Shown: positions 55,998 through 64,000 of the stretch, piece by piece | How the letters are laid out: every line of letters starts with the position of its first letter | How positions within the stretch are numbered: position 1 is the stretch's first letter | From: the human T2T-CHM13v2.0 reference genome, Homo sapiens | Length of the DNA stretch: 64,000 nt | Assembly: GCF_009914755.1 (NCBI RefSeq) | Contig: NC_060928.1 | Direction: 5' to 3' (one strand) | Program-made: the position numbers and the translations under genes | The notes under the pieces: generated by a model | Told to the model about the DNA's origin: nothing | The model's input: only the letters and a program-made list of their open reading frames with translations | The model's database searches: none

Positions 55998-58634
55998 AAA
56001 ATCTTAAACTAAATTTAGAACTCAACACACTCATAAATTTGGACAGTATCTAAATGTAATATGTTAAACTATTACATATAATATATCTTGGCCATTTTCT
56101 TTCCTGAATAGTTATCATATATGCTTTATTAATATACCTAAGATCGTTTTACTTTATTTTTGTAATCAAATAGCCAGACTTAAAGGAAACTAAGAAATTT
56201 TAAAAGTTAAAAAATATGAATTAAGCAGGTAGAGCTATCATCAAGATGTAAAATTCATTTTAATATAATAGAATTATTTCAATTTGTATTCCACTTGCTA
56301 ATAAATTTACATTTGATAAGTTAAAGAGTTAATGAAACTCACTGGTATTTATTATCTTTTTGATAGCTCTAGGATAATATGTTTTTATTTGCACTCAGAA
56401 GCACATCCTGCATTCATTTTTATTAGTTTTAATATATGGATAGACTGCAGTAAATATTATTACTAGAAATCTGTGGCTTGCTTGCTTTCTCCAAAGGATC
56501 TGGAAACTAATAGATTTCTCACATGCATTTAAAAGATTGCTGAACAAGAATTAACGTTAACTTTTGTGTCTGCTTGTGGGCTAAACAACAATTATTGCAC
56601 ATTTTTATTTCTGGAATTCATCATTTCTCATCTTTTATTTGTTATTATGCTTAAAACCTGACCCCTGTTTTAGGACAGAAACTACCTCTTGGGCGTCATC
56701 AATGATTTCATATAATCTACCTTTACCCCATGTTCATGCTGTGGGATCTTTCTACTTGGCCAGAATTTCTATTAGAAATCTGATAGTTAACAGGCATTGG
56801 CATTCTAAGGAATAAAGAAAGATGACTGTCCTTCTTGAAGAGTACATCTGTTATTAGTGGTAGGGATAATGTTCCTTAATTGTACTTCTGTTGGGTTACT
56901 AACAATGTCTACATAGATTAGAGATCTCAGAGTCAAGATGTCCAAAATCAAAGACCTCTTTTCCAATTATTTTTCTTCCTTCTTTCCTCATTGTATTGAT
57001 TAATACCACCGTTCCTTGCATTCCTGGGCAAAAGTACAATGAGAATAGAGACATCCTGTTCTGCAGACGGAGAATGGTGTCAGAACAAGATGAAGTTCCT
57101 AAGATACAGACACCATAATATAATATTGTAAAAGTCACAAAATCCTAAGTAGAAAAACAGAACAAAAAAGGGTAGACAGGAGAAAGAAAGTTCTAATTGA
57201 AGGGCATGGTGATACATATACATTTATGAAGAATAACTTTTAAATTCCAAATATAGTAAAAATCAAACACATCCATACAACAATCATGTGGGAAGAATAC
57301 TTGTAGAATGTTGCTATTCTATCCTTTTTGCAGATCTCATTGCAGATGAAGGAATTATTGTCCAAAGTGTTTTGTTTTCCTGAATGGTTTTCCTGTCATT
57401 TATGAGGAGACTTTAAGCTATAATGCTGAGTTTTATACACTATGCTGCAGAGCATTTCTTTAGCAAGAACCGGAATTAGAGTGAGAGCAGGAAAGAAGTA
57501 AAATAAAAACATTAAATAAATGTAATATGCAGAGGCAGAGAAGCTTTGGGATTCGTGGAAAATAATACAAAGAAATTCATGAAATAACATTTACAAATGA
57601 TGAGATAGAAGGAGAGGAAAAGTTAGGGTATTGTTTTAATTTAAATTGTTTTAATTTAAAAGACAGTCTTAACCTGAAGCAAACACTTCAGTGCTGAAAA
57701 GCACAACCAATTATCTTTTTTTGAAAGCAGTTTCCACCTGAAAGGGATGGAAATTAGGAAGTGAAGAGATGAAAAAGAGACTGCCTTGGGAATATTGTCT
57801 CAGAATGCATGTATTTAACTCTCTAGTAAATCTGGCAGTGAACCACCATCTGGTGACCACAGTGATGAAAAATATTCCTATTGGTTAAGAACAATGTCTG
57901 AACTTTAGAAAAGAGCATTCATATTTTATAGAGATCTATGTATATCCATTACATAATCATTTTCTAGTCAAAAAGACAATGGTCTTGCTTTAAGAGGACC
58001 CAGCGAATATTTCAAATATATGTGATATTTTGTGATAATATGCAAGAGCATTCATTATAAAACATTTTAATAATTTGAAGGGAAAATCCTAAAGGCTGTA
58101 ATGTTATTATAGAACTCATAATACATATGCATAACATAAACTAAATATTGGTCAAAGCTATATAAGCAGATACAGATATGTGGTTTTTGAAATAAGTGTC
58201 TACATATTTATATTCTTGAACTTCTTCAATCTCTTTTGAAGATATATCTAGATTTAAAAAAATGAAATAAAATTACTCCCATAAATTCTCCAAGTCAGAC
58301 TCAGAGCACACAAGGGCACTCCAGCTATGAAAGTTTGATAGATTTTATACTGAAGAAGTATAAAATGTAATTGAGTACGCTTTCTTTTTTCTTTCAGCAG
58401 AAAGCATATTTATACCACTTAAACTACTCTTATCTAGCCTTAAGCATCTTATAAATAAGAAATTATTCAGAGGGAAAATTTATATTTACCCTTAGAATAT
58501 GCAAGAACTATGGGTTAGTCAATGTAAAATTAATGAGAAGCTCACAAAGTATCACAGACATGTAATATGTCTACAGTGCATATATGGCAGTGGTTATGAA
58601 TCCTGGCTGCAAGGTACAATAGATTCTGCAAGGT

Positions 58635-58800
58635 TTTAATTTTTTTATTTTATTTTTTGCTACATTATATTTGTCCATATTTATGGGGTATATGTGAAAT
58701 GTTATTACATGCATAGAATGTGTGATGATCAAGTCAGTGTAGTTAGGGTATCCTTTACGCCAGTATTATCCTGTCTAAGCGTTGGGTACATTTCAAGTCC
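58635..58800 (-). mobile_element. L1MA 3' end fragment
   Basis: T-rich tail + catatttatggggtatatgtgaaatg...tgatcaagtcagtgtagttagggtatcc...ttgggtacatttcaagtcct. Confidence 0.75.
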
Positions 58801-59682
58801 TAGTTTAAAAAAATCAGGAACTATTCCAGACTTACTACCTCATCATCTCCAGGAAAGTGACCTAGAAGTCTTTATTTTGAAAGTATTTTATTATTGATTG
58901 TCCTGTTTGGTCAGTATTGAGAAACTATGGATATATGCAGTTTTTCTTAATAATCATGGAAATTTGGAGCTGATAGGGATCTAAGATTCATCTAGTCCAA
59001 TCTGCACATCAGTATCTAAATCAGATACATTTGGCTGTGGTTTTGATTAGTGTATATAATGAAATCAATATATATGTATTTATATGCATAAGAGCTAACT
59101 TTTACATAGGTATCTATTCCTGTGTATGTGTTTGTGCTCTCACATACACAGGCACACATACACACGACTCCCTCACTGGAAAACTTCACTGTGGTAGGTG
59201 ACAGAGAGGGAACACATGTGAATGTGAGATTTATTGTGCTTAAATAATTTGCAGTCTGAAAAACATTTACACCCCTAATCACAGTTCAAGGCAATACTAC
59301 AGATAAAGTGCTGTCGTAGTGCAAAAGAAAAAAATATTAATTCCCAGTCATATAGAAAGGATTAGATTTATCTGATGTTATCTTTCAAGAAGGAAAAGGC
59401 ATTTGAATCTGGAAAAGATGAGACAGGAAACAAAAAATATTGAGGGAGCAGAATGTGCCAAGTCACAGGAACAAAATATTAGTGCTTTATTCAGCAAGTA
59501 TATGCAATGAACATCATTCGTAGAAATGAAAATTTATCAACTTATTACTTATGATTATCTCTTATTAGCTTATTAATCAACTTATTTCCCATTCATTTTT
59601 TTCCTTCATTCAACAACTGTGGAATGCTGAAGATGGATTTGTCCTTGTCATAAAGGATATCCATGTATAAAAAAGAAAGAAG

Positions 59683-59890
59683 GCTTTGGGAGCTGAGGTG
59701 GGAGGATCATTTGAAGCCAGGCATTCCAGGCCAGCCTGAGCAACAGAGTGAAATCTCATAATCTTCAAAAACAGAAAAATCAGCTGGGAGTGGGGTATGC
59801 CACTGCACATCAACCTGAGTGACAGAGCGAGATTCTGTTCCTAAAACAATAAAATTAAAATTAAAAAATTAAAAATAAATAAAATTTTAA
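59683..59890 (+). mobile_element. Degraded AluJ, 5'-truncated with right-arm deletion
   Basis: ctttgggagctgaggtgggaggatcatttgaagccagg...cagcctgagcaaca, then a jump to atgccactgcac...gtgacagagcgaga and an A-rich tail. Confidence 0.8.
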
Positions 59891-60632
59891 AAAAGCAAGA
59901 AAGAGCTGGCCATGTGCAAATGGAATTTGATTTACTGTTAAATATTTTGTTACCCAATTTTAAAAAAACTACATTGTATTCCTAAGATAATTCCCATTAT
60001 TTGGGATATTTTACATTCAAAATTATGGAAATATTTTTAAAGCCATTTTCCAGACAGTCAATGGTAATAACATGAATTTGAGTTAGCAGCATGAGTTTTA
60101 AAAAGATTATAGCATCTTTGACTTTATTCATAGAAATTTGTAGCACTTTCTGTAAGTTTGATAATTGTCCTCTTCAGTGCTTAGTTTTAAACTTAGTACT
60201 TGTTGACATGAAAGAAATAATTGTGCTAATATCACTGGATATTAAACTACTCAAATAGAATCATGGAGCTGGAAATGGGTCGTTAGTTCATTTTTTTTGG
60301 GGGGGGGGGGCAGATGAGAATATATCTTATTCTGAAATTTTGTCTCAGATATGCTAGGTGGCTTATATTTGTTGTGTTTTTGTTCTATTATGAAATGTCT
60401 ATTCATTCTTCAGTTCTTACTGCATTAATCTCAAGGAGTAAGTCCTTTCTGTATCAATTGCTTCCTCAAAAACCTGAAATAGTATCTGATGCCCAGAGAT
60501 TCAAGCCACAATAGCACATAGGGAATGCTTTCAGTAGTTGGTCTTGTAATAAACTACATTGTTCTTGCTCGTATGCATGATCCAGTTCCCCATCTTTGTG
60601 CCTCTTTCTGCTTTACTTTTCCCATTTTATAG

Positions 60633-60990
<358 letters not shown>

Positions 60991-62189
60991 TCAACTGCTG
61001 TTTCTTTCAAAGGTGAGCATGAATGTGCTTTCTCTAAAATTTTGCCTGTTTCAACATACCAGAATCTCTTCCTGTTCTCAATACAAATGGTTCTTTTTCC
61101 ATTTCTCCTATGAATCTTTGCTATTTATCTTCATCCACACACATAAAAATATACACATATATATTTTCCTCATTGGAGTACAGTGTATATTCTCCTTGCT
61201 GAGGGTGGAATTCTCATTTTAGTTATTCTGTTTTACACATCACCTAAAAGAGAGAGTTGCACACATAATTGTACCTTACTGTGTACTTACCAAAGGTTTT
61301 TCCCTAATTAAGAATCCCTCAATTTAAACTATATGCTGGTTATCTTTGCTGGGAAGAGTAAGGAAAAGGGATAGAGTTCTATGCTCTCAATCTGTTTCCT
61401 CCATGTGAAATTTCAAACTGAGGACAGTAATAATGTATAGATTATATAGTATATTCTAGGACACCTTTTGTTATCTATTTTAATGATTCTTCAGTAAATA
61501 TTGTCATTAATCGCATATTACCTGAATTCCTTGAATGCAGTTATGGTTTCTAAATCTCGCATCCTGTTTCTTTTTTAAGTAGAAAAAGTGCACCTTCCTT
61601 CTATGTATGTAGCATGGACTTTGAGGTTTGTAGCAAGGCAAACCCCAACTCCATGAAAGATGGAATTTCTTAGAAAAATTACAGCTAATAATGCATGAAG
61701 TTCTAATATCTCAACACAGATCCCACATGTTCTTTTCTTTCATTAATCATTATCTTGTGTGAACTTGGGAAACGTGGGATAACATAATTTATCCCCCCTC
61801 TGACATCCATCCTTATTTTCTGACCATGAAAATGAAGAGATTGGGTAGGTGATTTCTTAGGCATCTTCCATTTCTGAAATTCTAAAAGTCTAATTTTGTT
61901 TTTAAGTAACTGCATTGGCGTTAAGATTATTATCTATAGAAACTCAGTGACTTCAATTTCAGAGCATGGTTTGCAATTTTTCTCTTCACATTTGGCAATA
62001 ATTATTTTTCTTTTTTATTTCAGATGCATACAATTGATTTAATTCAGATCTTGTTTTTAATATGTATTCACCATTGGACAATGCATGGTTTCTTTAAATT
62101 TAATTCAGTTGGAACCTGACGGATGACTTCGGCCTGCTGGCATGCTCTTTTCGTTTTACCGTTCCGTGCGTGCTCCATTCCCCATAGCC

Positions 62190-62530
62190 ATCATCTTGAT
62201 TTTGTGTTTATCAATCCATTGCTTTTTTATAATTTTCCTGGATATACATATTTATCTAAAAAATATAACGTTTACATTTGCTTATTTTGAAATTTATTAG
62301 AAAATATTATTCTGCATGTAAACTTTAGAGTCATTTTTTTGCCCAATATTTCGTTCCTCATATTTAATCATATTATTACAGATAGCTGTAATTGTTATTG
62401 TTTAACACTTCGCTGTGGGAAAATGAAACAGTCTATCTATTCTCCTGTCCATGGCGTATGATTCCTTCTTGATATTATGATCAGTGCTGGTTTGAATATT
62501 TTTATGTCTTCTAGTGTGTATGTAATCAAC
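62190..62530 (-). mobile_element. Very old L1ME-type fragment
   Basis: ccatcatcttgattttgtgtttatc...tattctcctgtccatgg...gctggtttgaatatt. Confidence 0.45.
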
Positions 62531-64000
62531 TATATAATCCTGGAAAATAATAAAATGTTTTAAACTGGTCATTTTTCTCATACATCAACTTCATTTTGGC
62601 TTTGCTCAGAATGAATTTCTTAGAAAAAATAGTTATAATTATTAAGAAAACATTAGAAAATATGCTGATATTTTTTCTAAATTAGATTCTTTTTTTTTTG
62701 TATATGAAGATATTTCCCTTGAGTTTTTGTCACTTATCATCTGTTTTATTCCCTTGCTTTATTACTGTTTCAAACGAGTCTTTTTTTTTTTGGTTTTGAT
62801 TTTGTATTAGGAAATCTTACTAAGTTCATTAGAATTTAATCACTTTTTAGATATTTTCAGAAGCATTAACAAGATATCATTGCATTTTTCATGGCTTATT
62901 TGACAATCATCTAAGTTAACAAGGTCATTTGATGATTATTAAGACATTTATATGTAGGAGGTATTCCTCTTTACATCTTTGTAGAATTAAGAAGCTTATT
63001 GTCTTTCTTTCTTTTTTTTTTTAACATAGCACTTAACTAAAGTTAAGTAGTATAATGCCTAAGAACTAGCAATCTGATATCAACTCTCTAATGGAATGAT
63101 GCAGGAAATAATTTAAAATTAAATATGAGGAGCAAAAGAGAAAAGGAGCAATTTAAAATAAAGAATTAAGACAAGCATATTCATCAATTATCACTTGGGC
63201 ACAGTGGAGGAACTGGCCTGAGGGCTATTCAATTTAAAACGTTCCATAGGTACTATTGGATCCCTAAAGCAAAGTATAATAAGGAGTTGGTGTCCCAATT
63301 AAAGTATTGGAAATGTCAGCAAGCTGAAGGGGATGGCTTCATATGGTTTGAGAGACAAGTATGTTGGTAAGGCAGTTCTGGCATGAATTACTTGGAAATA
63401 TTTCAAGAATAATCAGACTGTTTTTCTTAATTTTTAACTTTTGCTTTCTCTTTATTTCCCTAAAGGGATTTATTTGTCCAGTGCCAAAAAGCACTTATTA
63501 TGAATTGACAGTGGACCAGATCATGGTGAAATTGTACAGAAACTTAAATATCTGAAATTCCAAAGGTAGATCTGGCTAGTGAGCCCTTGGGCGATTTAAA
63601 CAATGATTGTACTTTCAAGAGAGAGGAAATCAGCATTATTTCATGTCTTGAAAATGTCTTCTTTCCGAAACAATGTAACTTAATGAATTTGAACATTTTC
63701 TATATTTGAACTTGCATATAGGACTTCTATAATCAAATGAAAAAGTCACCAGTTTCCTAATTGTACCTTTATGAAAAAACTAAAGCAACTAAAATTAAAA
63801 TAATCATTCTAATTTAAGTCATTTATAATAAATTTAACTCATACTTCACAAAATTTCATTTATATATATAAATTTTTAGAAAGCATGACCCCTAATTAAT
63901 CACGAGGACATATCCCAGCCGATTACTTGGGGACTCTATCACCTTGGAGAATTTACTTGCCTGTGCCTCAGTTGTCTTTCCTTATGCATGGGTAATACCT

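Noticed and set aside
57630-57660. Short tandem duplications (here, and near 4964, 11057, 11222, 43881)
   Set aside because: Two-copy slippage products, common in mammalian DNA. Not an array.

Overview
AT-rich primate (most likely human or great-ape) non-coding genomic DNA, either a large intron or gene-poor intergenic sequence. I find no credible host protein-coding exon. The only ORFs with recognisable products are LINE-1 ORF2 fragments, and the remaining ORFs are Alu-derived or random. The window is a mosaic of mobile elements: eight Alu-family SINEs, a young L1PA2-like LINE-1 with a twin-priming inversion and intact TSD, an old L1MA with the same architecture, THE1A and MLT1 solo LTRs, a Tigger3b-like DNA transposon, and L2/MIR relics. 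There are also several microsatellites. Non-repeat signals are a well-formed 120-nt non-coding + strand exon candidate (32696-32815) packed with four tiny uORFs, a second non-coding exon candidate (53620-53757), a CCAAT/ETS/GC-box cluster, a CTCF core motif and three perfect inverted repeats. I did not find evidence for a new multi-gene biological system. Repeat subfamily names come from recalled consensus sequences, and the boundaries of old elements are approximate.
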